DNA from: a virus
Length of the DNA stretch: 64,000 nt
Virus record (IMG/VR): IMGVR_UViG_3300023179_000073
Coordinates: 15,622-79,621 of that record
Reading direction: 5' to 3' (one strand)
Shown: piece after piece, positions 1 through 7,290 of the stretch
How positions within the stretch are numbered: the stretch's first letter is position 1
Layout of the letters: the number at the start of each line of letters is the position of its first letter
Notes under the pieces: model-generated
Seen by the model: only the letters and a program-made list of their open reading frames with translations
What the model was told of the DNA's origin: nothing
Databases searched by the model: none
Position numbers and translations under genes: made by a program

Positions 1-133
1 TAAATCCAAGATCAGAATTTACTGTAGATCTTACTTCATCCGCATTAAGATGAATAGCATTAATACGTTCCTTAAGGGCTTTTGACAGTTCTGTTTTACC
101 AGAACCAGGTAGTCCAATTACTTGTATAATCAT
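1..133 (-). CDS. cysC: Adenylylsulfate (APS) kinase, 5' part (runs off window)
   Basis: Manual translation from ATG at 133 gives MIIQVIGLPGSGKTELSKALKERINAIHLNADEVR, with the P-loop GLPGSGKT and the LxADxVR motif of APS kinases; directly downstream of a sulfotransferase. Confidence 0.75.
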   Translation of the reverse strand, partial: MIIQVIGLPGSGKTELSKALKERINAIHLNADEVRSTVNSDLGF

Positions 134-149
134 TTTTTTCCCATAACCA

Positions 150-878
150 TTATATAGTATATCCAAAAAAGTCGGCTATTTCTCCAACACTTCTTACTAC
201 ATCGTCTATCTGACTACTATTTAGTTCTTTTTTCCACCTACCAGTACCGTCAAAAAGTGGTTGTTTTACTTGCCAAGATCTTCTTATTTCGTGATTACTA
301 ATACCATTTTTATAAACTTTGTCTTTTCCATCACTATCTTTTGGATTTTGTACTCCGTACCAGTTTGGAGCATATTTATGATACTCTAACATATTTTTAT
401 CAAAATCTATGTTTATATATTTACAAATATCAATAAAAGTATCTTCAAAGTCATTAACAATATTTTCATATTTAACTAAATGACCAAATGAATAAAACTT
501 TTTTATATATTCAAAGTCTTTTTTAAGCCTATCAATTGACTTATTCCAATTTTCAAACCTGCTATAAAGTGATGAGACTATATCTCTTGGGTCTCTTATA
601 TTTAATATAAACTTTGCATTTGGATATTCTTTTTTTATTTTATCTAAAACATATATATGATTTGGAGTTTTTTCTATGATCATGGTTTGTTTGTCTGAAT
701 AGTTATTAAAAATAAAATTATTAATATCATATGACTCATCAATAAACATTCTTGTTTCAGTTGGAATTAATAATAAATTTTTATGTGTACCTAAAACTGT
801 TGCTGTAAGTGTAGTTCCAGAATGTCCACAGCCAGAAATAGAAATTAAATTTAAATTATTTAATAGTTTATTTTCCAT
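150..878 (-). CDS. PAPS-dependent sulfotransferase family protein
   Basis: 5'-PSB loop SGCGHSGTT, EKTP, 3'-PB motif RDPRDIVSS, VKYE and C-terminal GRWK. Confidence 0.85.
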   Translation of the reverse strand: MENKLLNNLNLISISGCGHSGTTLTATVLGTHKNLLLIPTETRMFIDESYDINNFIFNNYSDKQTMIIEKTPNHIYVLDKIKKEYPNAKFILNIRDPRDIVSSLYSRFENWNKSIDRLKKDFEYIKKFYSFGHLVKYENIVNDFEDTFIDICKYINIDFDKNMLEYHKYAPNWYGVQNPKDSDGKDKVYKNGISNHEIRRSWQVKQPLFDGTGRWKKELNSSQIDDVVRSVGEIADFFGYTI

Positions 879-881
879 GCT

Positions 882-1163
882 TTATTCCATTGTTAGTGCT
901 TGCCAAGTATTTGACCAGTCTTGCTTAGTTTTATGCTTGTTAAATTCTCTTGAAACCTCTCCACCTTCTAAATAAACTCCACCCCAAACACCCCACTCCT
1001 TACCAGATACCCCATTAGCAAAACATATTTTTTTAACAGGACACTGTTTACAAAGCGCATCAACTGTATGCCTAGATTCTTCATTATCTTCATATTTATC
1101 AAAATAAATATTTGTATCAAGGCCTAAACAAGATGCCCTATCTTTCCATAAATGCTGTTTCAT
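882..1163 (-). CDS. whiB: WhiB family Fe-S transcription factor
   Basis: W..RASC, CxxCPV..C and GVWGG signature. Confidence 0.93.
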   Translation of the reverse strand: MKQHLWKDRASCLGLDTNIYFDKYEDNEESRHTVDALCKQCPVKKICFANGVSGKEWGVWGGVYLEGGEVSREFNKHKTKQDWSNTWQALTME

Positions 1164-1165
1164 AC

Positions 1166-1375
1166 TTAATCTCTATACTTATTTGGTATATCCCAACCAT
1201 CACGACCAGGTTTATATATTTTATGTAGATACCATTTATCTTTTACTCTAATACCATTTACAGCAGTTTTTGCTATGCTAGATTCTTTTAAATCAATAAC
1301 ATTCCAACCATGCCACATTAGATTTGTATTTTTATTTACAATTTTTTCCATAGTATTTAAACTTCTAATTTTCAT
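1166..1375 (-). CDS. Hypothetical protein
   Basis: 69 aa ORF tightly packed in operon. Confidence 0.75.
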   Translation of the reverse strand: MKIRSLNTMEKIVNKNTNLMWHGWNVIDLKESSIAKTAVNGIRVKDKWYLHKIYKPGRDGWDIPNKYRD

Positions 1376-1383
1376 ATTTATCC

Positions 1384-1734
1384 TTAATATTTAAAAATCC
1401 CAACTTCAATATTTTTTGATTCAGCAGCATAAACTAATTTAGATTTTGGATCACTAGGTTTACTTAAAAAAGCAAAATAGTTTAATTGATTTATATTTGT
1501 ATTTAACCAAGAAGGAGCAGTATTATAAAATTTAATTTTTTTGCCTCTTGCTTTCATGCCACGTTCTGATAAATTGCAAAACTCAGAAACAAAGTTATTT
1601 ACTTTTGCTGGACCAACTGAATAAATGATAAACTCGTTATCATTTTCTTTCATGCTAGATAGTGCAACGCTCATAGCACGAAGAAAAACGTTATAGTCAT
1701 TAAAACTAGACGTTCCCTGTACTCCCACTATCAT
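1384..1734 (-). CDS. Hypothetical protein (possible YspA/SLOG-like fold)
   Basis: N-terminal MIVGVQGTSSFNDY resembles SLOG-type starts; fold call is tentative. Confidence 0.6.
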   Translation of the reverse strand: MIVGVQGTSSFNDYNVFLRAMSVALSSMKENDNEFIIYSVGPAKVNNFVSEFCNLSERGMKARGKKIKFYNTAPSWLNTNINQLNYFAFLSKPSDPKSKLVYAAESKNIEVGIFKY

Positions 1735-2128
1735 TTTTTTCCATTCCTTGTCTTAAGTCATCAAGTATTGATAACATTTTATTTAATTCTTTTGTTGGCA
1801 TATTTTCAATATCTAAAGGCTTAATAGTATTTTCATCTACTCTGCCACCAATGGCATTGGCAGTATAAAAAACATTGTCCAATACCCAATATGCTTTTCC
1901 TTCAGTTATTACAACCTTTAACATATTTTTTTGAATATGTTTTTGAGACTGTGTTATAACTTTAGGTTTTTCAAACATTTTTTGTGGAATTATTTCTTTG
2001 GCCATTTCATAAATATTGCTTTGTCTATATTTAATTTTGGACAAAAATTTTATTCTTTTTTTGTTTGATATTTTAATTATAGACCATACGGTAAAAGATG
2101 TCAAGCCTATAATCAATAAATATTCCAT
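1706..2128 (-). CDS. Hypothetical protein with N-terminal membrane anchor
   Basis: Hydrophobic N-terminus followed by a basic stretch. Confidence 0.7.
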   Translation of the reverse strand: MEYLLIIGLTSFTVWSIIKISNKKRIKFLSKIKYRQSNIYEMAKEIIPQKMFEKPKVITQSQKHIQKNMLKVVITEGKAYWVLDNVFYTANAIGGRVDENTIKPLDIENMPTKELNKMLSILDDLRQGMEKNDSGSTGNV

Positions 2129-2129
2129 T

Positions 2130-2291
2130 TTATTTAGATTTTTTTGTTGTTTCTTTTGTCAAACCCAAAATCATAGAATTGAGTTTATTAATCTCAATTT
2201 GCAATTTTAATGATTCTAATTCTGTATCAGACAGTTTTTGTTTATAAAATGTTATTAACTGAATTAGTTCATTTTTTTCTAAATTTTCCAT
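2130..2291 (-). CDS. Small coiled-coil hypothetical protein (53 aa)
   Basis: Manual translation MENLEKNELIQLITFYKQKLSDTELESLKLQIEINKL; G-rich SD upstream; fills the gap exactly. Confidence 0.7.
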   Translation of the reverse strand: MENLEKNELIQLITFYKQKLSDTELESLKLQIEINKLNSMILGLTKETTKKSK

Positions 2292-2297
2292 TACCCC

Positions 2298-2666
2298 CTA
2301 CTTTCTTAGATCAAATGCGGTTCCTTGCCAAACCTTCTCTAATTTTTTCTTTTCTCTTTCCACAATTGCACGGCTCCATGAAAAACCTGCATCTCCACCC
2401 CAAGCATCCCACATAATTCTTCCATTAGATGGAAACTCTGGACCATCATAAAAGCCTTTGCCTTTTTTATCTACTTCATGACGAGAAAAAAATGAATACA
2501 TACGTTTAACAACTGAAAGAGACATTGATCTTCCAGCAACTATATCTGTTGCACGACCCCAACCGACTGGAGTACCTGCTCCTTTAGCCTTACCATCTGC
2601 TTTCCATTTTAAAGCACGACGAGCAGCAGCCTTCATACCAGATGTTGGTGTATATGTATCAGCCAT
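2298..2666 (-). CDS. Basic phage head-associated-type protein with C-terminal scaffold-like motif
   Basis: GTPVGWGRA, RMYSFFSRH and AWGGDAG module; ends EKVWQGTAFDLRK. Confidence 0.7.
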   Translation of the reverse strand: MADTYTPTSGMKAAARRALKWKADGKAKGAGTPVGWGRATDIVAGRSMSLSVVKRMYSFFSRHEVDKKGKGFYDGPEFPSNGRIMWDAWGGDAGFSWSRAIVEREKKKLEKVWQGTAFDLRK

Positions 2667-2766
2667 TTTCTTCTATCCTTTTTCTTTCATAAGATTTACC
2701 CCAAAAAAATGATCCAATCATTAATAATCCTATTACTAGTGAATGCCAGAAATAAAACATGCTCAT
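2659..2766 (-). CDS. Single-TM microprotein (35 aa)
   Basis: MSMFYFWHSLVIGLLMIGSFFWGKSYERKRIEENG; ATGA overlap with the upstream ORF. Confidence 0.55.
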   Translation of the reverse strand: MSMFYFWHSLVIGLLMIGSFFWGKSYERKRIEENG

Positions 2767-2870
2767 TTTCCACCCTTTTTCTTTTGTTGTTTAGCAACAC
2801 GCTTTTCTTTAAGAGTCATCTTTGGCTCTTTCTTTTTATTAACATTACCCTTTTGTTCTTTATTTGCCAC
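2763..2870 (-). CDS. Lys-rich microprotein (35 aa)
   Basis: GTG start, MANKEQKGNVNKKKEPKMTLKEKRVAKQQKKKGGK; G-rich SD; overlaps both neighbours. Confidence 0.55.
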   Translation of the reverse strand: MANKEQKGNVNKKKEPKMTLKEKRVAKQQKKKGGK

Positions 2871-3018
2871 TTACTGCCCCCTTTTTTATTTTTGGATATG
2901 GACCAAGATCTGCCTTAATTGTCCCGTCTTTTCTTAAACGAACAATTCTTCCATCTTTTATTTGTAATGGATTAAATGCATAGTTTTTAAAAAAAGATCC
3001 AGAAGATTTTTTAGACAT
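2860..3018 (-). CDS. Basic microprotein (52 aa)
   Basis: MSKKSSGSFFKNYAFNPLQIKDGRIVRLRKDGTIKADLGPYPK; TAATG overlap with the upstream gene. Confidence 0.6.
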   Translation of the reverse strand: MSKKSSGSFFKNYAFNPLQIKDGRIVRLRKDGTIKADLGPYPKIKKGAVSGK

Positions 3019-3872
3019 TATTTTTCCAATGTCAGAGGATTAAACGCTCCGCTCCAAATACTTTTTTCTGTAGTTTGAGATGCTGACTTATATGTTCCAC
3101 CACGGCGTTTGTATTCTTGAACTACCCAAGAATTAGCAACTGCAGACGGGTAAACATCAAACTTATCTTTTGCTGCTTGCACAACTCTTGCATAAAGTTT
3201 TGGATTTGCTGGCTCACTTCCACCACGTCTTGGTTTAATAAACTCATCATAGTTAGGAGTTTTTGCTTTATCAATTTCTTCTGATTTTTTAACTGGAACG
3301 CAATTAGGAACCATTCGTCCATTTTTTTCTTTCATTCCTTGTTGTTCATATCCTACCCAACATGCCTTTTCCATGTTATCCCATTTATCTTCTTCTTCAT
3401 TGTCTGAATAATAACTTTTGCTTATTATGTTTGTTTTTATTGTTTCTATAACTTTATCCATGCCAATATTTGATTCTAAAGATGGCATTGCCATTACTTC
3501 AGATGCTTTTATACCAACAAAATATTCTGTTTCTTCTAATCCGCCTTCTTCCATTTCAAAAAGTTGAATTAATAAAGCAGGTTCTTCTGCTGATGCAGCA
3601 AGCGCATATTCTGATCCAGGAAAACCAAGCATTCCTTCTGTCATTACATGGACAACACGACCAACATAAACTTCATCATCATTCGGCGCCATAACCATGT
3701 CGCCTTCTTTTACCATTGCCTTGCCAATATTTCCTTCGCTAATATTAATAGCATAAATTTGACGAGCAGCAGCGCCTTTAGTTTTATGGCAACCCATTAC
3801 TGTTCCATCGTCTTTTAAAGCAGGGTAGCCTGAGCATCCATATGACCCTTTAGCACCTACACGATATGGCAT
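3018..3872 (-). CDS. Multi-module putative internal head protein
   Basis: Short modules (GCHKTKGAAARQ; CWVGYEQQGMKEKNGRMVPNCVP; YPSAVANSWVVQEYKRRGGTY) separated by xxK-S/A sites; ends EKSIWSGAF; SD AGGAGG. Confidence 0.7.
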   Translation of the reverse strand: MPYRVGAKGSYGCSGYPALKDDGTVMGCHKTKGAAARQIYAINISEGNIGKAMVKEGDMVMAPNDDEVYVGRVVHVMTEGMLGFPGSEYALAASAEEPALLIQLFEMEEGGLEETEYFVGIKASEVMAMPSLESNIGMDKVIETIKTNIISKSYYSDNEEEDKWDNMEKACWVGYEQQGMKEKNGRMVPNCVPVKKSEEIDKAKTPNYDEFIKPRRGGSEPANPKLYARVVQAAKDKFDVYPSAVANSWVVQEYKRRGGTYKSASQTTEKSIWSGAFNPLTLEK

Positions 3873-3898
3873 AGCAAACCCTCCTAGTTTATATACTG

Positions 3899-3907
3899 AT
3901 TATATCA
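3899..3907 (-). promoter_or_regulatory. Extended -10 promoter TGATATAAT
   Basis: Intergenic, upstream of the SD of 3018..3872. Confidence 0.65.
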
Positions 3908-3911
3908 GAAT

Positions 3912-4298
3912 TTAGTTATTGGGATGTTGACCAGATAGCCTTTTTAGTTCTTCAATAGACCACTGCTCACGCTTAGTAAGTTTTGATATTGCATCTCTAT
4001 CATATGCTTTTGGCCCAAGGGTAACTATTGGATCCTTTGCTAAAAAATCTATATTTACATACCCTCTTTCCCATAAAGAAAGTATTTCAGTATTTACAGA
4101 GTTCATATGGTCATGATATAACTCTGGCATTACCTGCTGAATTTTGGGAGTAAATGAATATAAAAGTGATCCATCTTCAGAATCAATGCCAGCAACTTCT
4201 AATGCACCCTCAAGAATTAATTTTTCAATCATTTCATTTTCATCTGAACTCATATTTTTTCCATCAGGATTTAATATCCTTTTTAATAATTTTTTCAT
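3912..4298 (-). CDS. Hypothetical protein
   Basis: 128 aa ORF; true start may be the internal MSSDENE. Confidence 0.7.
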   Translation of the reverse strand: MKKLLKRILNPDGKNMSSDENEMIEKLILEGALEVAGIDSEDGSLLYSFTPKIQQVMPELYHDHMNSVNTEILSLWERGYVNIDFLAKDPIVTLGPKAYDRDAISKLTKREQWSIEELKRLSGQHPNN

Positions 4299-4761
4299 TT
4301 CTTAACTCCTTTGATTTTATTACATCGTTAATTGCGTTTTGTTTTAACTTTTTATATGTTCCAGTTTCAAAATCTAAATCCTGCAACTTTCTCATATGTG
4401 GGCAAAAAATGCGACCCTGCTTCATACATTCTAAATGAAATGGGTGAAGATCTGAATAAACCCATCGGTCGTTTTTATTTACTAAAATTAAATTGCAAGT
4501 ATACCACCTAACAACAATTTCTTTATCATTAATTTTTATACCACAATACGGGCACAAATTGTTTTTATATACAAGGTCTTCATTTTTTTCATTTAGACCA
4601 AGATGACCTAAAGATTGAAAACGATCTTCGGATTGCCAAGGAATTGGAACCTTTTTTGCTAAGTCTTTTCTGTTTGGTGTTGCAAATGGTCTTGGTAATC
4701 CCGTTGTGTGCACGTCTTTTTCTTGCCATTTACTAGCAGCAGCAAAATATTTATTTTTCAT
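4264..4761 (-). CDS. Hypothetical Zn-binding protein
   Basis: CPYC and HxxHxEC...CPH motifs. Confidence 0.65.
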   Translation of the reverse strand: MKNKYFAAASKWQEKDVHTTGLPRPFATPNRKDLAKKVPIPWQSEDRFQSLGHLGLNEKNEDLVYKNNLCPYCGIKINDKEIVVRWYTCNLILVNKNDRWVYSDLHPFHLECMKQGRIFCPHMRKLQDLDFETGTYKKLKQNAINDVIKSKELRNEKIIKKDIKS

Positions 4762-5002
4762 TAATAAAATTTTCTAATTCTTTTTTTGTTTTTGTTCCAG
4801 AAATACGGGAAATCTCTTTTTCATTTTCAATTAAAATAAATGTTGGAATTGACTTTACTTCAAAATTTTTAACAAGCAATTGCTCGTAATCAGCATCTAT
4901 TATTTGAAACTGAAAACCTTCTTTTTTCATTTCTTCAACAATTGGTCGTGTTTTTTTGCACGGAGCACACCAATCTGCTGTAAAATAAAAAACAGTTTTC
5001 AT
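4751..5002 (-). CDS. Thioredoxin
   Basis: FTADWCAPC active site and cis-Pro motif SIPTF. Confidence 0.92.
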   Translation of the reverse strand: MKTVFYFTADWCAPCKKTRPIVEEMKKEGFQFQIIDADYEQLLVKNFEVKSIPTFILIENEKEISRISGTKTKKELENFINEK

Positions 5003-5406
5003 TTTCCAGACTTTGCTCTAGCCTTTTTTAATACTTCAAAATCTTTAATTTTGGTTTCACCAAGGTATCCCCAAGCATAACCATCATTAATCATTTTATT
5101 ATTAATTGATTCTGATTCTCCATTTATATATACCCAGCCAAGAATGCGACCATATTTTTCGGATGAATCCATTTTTTCTGTACGAATAACAACTGTTTTA
5201 GCATCTTTTAATTTTTTCTTTAAATATTCTTTAGCCTCAAGACCAAGAGCCTTTTCAGCCTTATCTGTTGTGCGTGATTCTGGAGTATCAATACCAGCCA
5301 AACGAACACGGGATGAAAACAAAATATCAAACCCTAAATCAATAATTACATCAATAGTGTCTCCATCAACAACATTCTTTACTTCTTTAACAAAATACTC
5401 ATACAT
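4999..5406 (-). CDS. Thermonuclease (SNase-like) family nuclease
   Basis: VVDGDTI, RVRLAGIDTPE, KYGRILG. Confidence 0.9.
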   Translation of the reverse strand: MYEYFVKEVKNVVDGDTIDVIIDLGFDILFSSRVRLAGIDTPESRTTDKAEKALGLEAKEYLKKKLKDAKTVVIRTEKMDSSEKYGRILGWVYINGESESINNKMINDGYAWGYLGETKIKDFEVLKKARAKSGK

Positions 5407-5663
5407 TATATAGCCCCAATTGGTTTATTTTTTTCTAGTTTTTCACGCTCATCAATAACTTCAACAATAAAAGACATCATTTTTTCATAACCCTTTGGGT
5501 TATTTATTATTTTGTTATAATGATGACTACAAAAAAGTAGTTCTCCAGAATTACCCCTAACTTTTACTAGAGCCTGAGCCTGACATTTATCACAGCGATC
5601 ATTAGCGGTTAAGGTATAAGTTTTTGATACTACACTTGGATGATCTTTAACGGTTGAGGTCAT
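5406..5663 (-). CDS. Small actinobacterial-type Zn-finger protein
   Basis: LTANDRCDKCQAQA...LLFCSHH; ATG at 5663 lies 7 nt after a TATAAT (leaderless). Confidence 0.7.
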   Translation of the reverse strand: MTSTVKDHPSVVSKTYTLTANDRCDKCQAQALVKVRGNSGELLFCSHHYNKIINNPKGYEKMMSFIVEVIDEREKLEKNKPIGAI

Positions 5664-5671
5664 AGATCTCA

Positions 5672-6106
5672 TTATACTCTATTACTTTCTTTTACCTTTG
5701 TATCTCTATTTATAGAATCTACTTTTTGACTTTCTTTAAGTTCAAAAGATTTTTCTCTATCAAATAGTTGATATTCATATGATTTAAATTCAAAAAATCT
5801 ATCTAATTCTTTTAATACTTTTTGATGATCTAGCGTTGAGCAAGTATATAAATCAAATTGTAAAAGTGCTGGCTCTTCTTCGTCCCATACATGAAAAGCA
5901 ATGTGAGATGTTTCAATCATTACACTTGCAGTCATTCCACGATTACCCGTTTTATTTACATAAGCAGCATGTGGACCAGAAATAATTTTCATATCTATCT
6001 GTTCAGTTAAATAAGTCAAAAAGTCTTTTACTTTAACTGGATTTGTTGGATAATTCTTAATTTTTGCATTAACCAGTAAATGATTATGCTCTATTTTTTT
6101 TCCCAC
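5672..6106 (-). CDS. speD: S-adenosylmethionine decarboxylase proenzyme
   Basis: HLL N-terminus, IETSHIAFHVW self-cleavage/pyruvoyl motif, DLYTC. Confidence 0.85.
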   Translation of the reverse strand: MGKKIEHNHLLVNAKIKNYPTNPVKVKDFLTYLTEQIDMKIISGPHAAYVNKTGNRGMTASVMIETSHIAFHVWDEEEPALLQFDLYTCSTLDHQKVLKELDRFFEFKSYEYQLFDREKSFELKESQKVDSINRDTKVKESNRV

Positions 6107-6282
6107 TATTTTCTCCTATTATCTGTTGAATAAAACCCACTACCATTAAAAATAGCAGTAGGAGCACTCCAAAGTCTTTGCATAGATTCATTGCAACACA
6201 CTGGATATTTATCTTCTTCAATTCTTTTTTCAAACTCAATTTGAGAAGAGCATACCAAACACTTATAGTCATATATAGGCAT
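6106..6282 (-). CDS. FmdB-family zinc-ribbon protein
   Basis: MPIYDYKC..C...CC and FNGSGFYSTD; SD GGAG. Confidence 0.85.
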   Translation of the reverse strand: MPIYDYKCLVCSSQIEFEKRIEEDKYPVCCNESMQRLWSAPTAIFNGSGFYSTDNRRK

Positions 6283-6319
6283 AAACTCTCCTTGGCTTAT
6301 TGATATATTAAGTATATCA

Positions 6320-6595
6320 TTAAGCACTTCTGTGTGTCAACCTATTATATGTTCTTAATCTATGGCAATTTGCACATACAATTTCACATTTTTCAATTTC
6401 TTTTTTAATTGCTTTCCATGAAAAACCATCATGTATCATTCTTGATATGTTATATTTTTTTTCTTTAATATGATCAAAATCTAAAATAATATGATTATTA
6501 ATTCCACAGTCTACGCATCCACTAGCCTCTTTGATTTCTGCTAGTTTGCGTTTGAGATTTTGTTTATCTCTTTGTATCAACTGTTTTTCAGTCAT
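6320..6595 (-). CDS. HNH endonuclease
   Basis: CVDCG, LDFDH, CANCHRLRT. Confidence 0.85.
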   Translation of the reverse strand: MTEKQLIQRDKQNLKRKLAEIKEASGCVDCGINNHIILDFDHIKEKKYNISRMIHDGFSWKAIKKEIEKCEIVCANCHRLRTYNRLTHRSA

Positions 6596-6621
6596 CAACA
6601 ATAATTATATCAGCATGTAAA

Positions 6622-6706
6622 AAGCCCTACACAGGCAATTAAGGCACGATAGCCCAGATTATATTGATGGGTAACTAAACCATCTCTAAGGTCCTGTGTA
6701 GGGACT
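6622..6706 (-). ncRNA. Candidate structured small RNA (about 85 nt, unassigned)
   Basis: Perfect 11-bp terminal stem CCCTACACAGG/CCTGTGTAGGG enclosing GATGG/CCATC and GGC/GCC hairpins; TATAAT at 6713-6718 just upstream; T-run downstream; GC-richer than flanks. Confidence 0.6.
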
Positions 6707-6718
6707 ATTTATATTATA

Positions 6719-7138
6719 CTACTTGATCTTAATTGATTTAGGTTTTTTATCTTCAGGAACAATACGAACAATGTTTATTGTAAGCATACCGTCCTTAAGT
6801 TCAGCATTAGATACTTCCATATATTCACCAAGGGCAAATGTGCGGGTAAACTTACGACCAGCAATTCCTTTATGAACAACTTCAGCATCTACTGTTTCTG
6901 TTATTTCGCCTTTTACTATTAATGTTCCATTATCTACTGAAACATCAATGTCTGACTTTGAAAATCCAGCAACAGCCAAAGATAGTTTATATGTATCTTC
7001 GTCTAACTTTAAAATGTCATATGGCGGATATGCCTGACGAGTTGCTAGATTATGTACTGCATTTAAACGCTCCAATTCACGATTGAAGCCAATAAAAAAT
7101 GGATCTTTAAAAAGATCCAGTGCAAATGAACTTACCAT
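6719..7138 (-). CDS. Small heat shock protein Hsp20 (IbpA-like)
   Basis: YPPYDI, LAVAGF, HKGIAGRKFTRTF, LKDGML; SD AGGAG before ATG 7138. Confidence 0.95.
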   Translation of the reverse strand: MVSSFALDLFKDPFFIGFNRELERLNAVHNLATRQAYPPYDILKLDEDTYKLSLAVAGFSKSDIDVSVDNGTLIVKGEITETVDAEVVHKGIAGRKFTRTFALGEYMEVSNAELKDGMLTINIVRIVPEDKKPKSIKIK

Positions 7139-7194
7139 TTTTATATTCTCCTTTTCAGCGAGTTTCATTTATGTACCCCCGTTTGGCAGGCACC
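7139..7194 (-). promoter_or_regulatory. ROSE-like RNA thermometer in hsp20 5'UTR
   Basis: CUCGCU-GAAA-AGGAG hairpin masks the SD with a bulged G; preceded by a GUGCCU..GGGUAC hairpin; promoter TGCTATAAT at 7200-7208. Confidence 0.7.
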
Positions 7195-7290
7195 TATATA
7201 TTATAGCATTAGTATATATATTTATCAACCCATTTTTTATTTTTTTTATATTGTTTTCTATTAAAAACTTTAAAAATTATTGCTAATATT

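Noticed and set aside
6320-6595. HNH gene as a mobile intron-encoded element
   Set aside because: Free-standing with its own promoter and not interrupting any gene
6622-6706. Assigning the structured RNA to hammerhead, twister, pistol, HDV-like, SAM riboswitch, SRP or tRNA classes
   Set aside because: I could not find their conserved cores by eye; left unassigned
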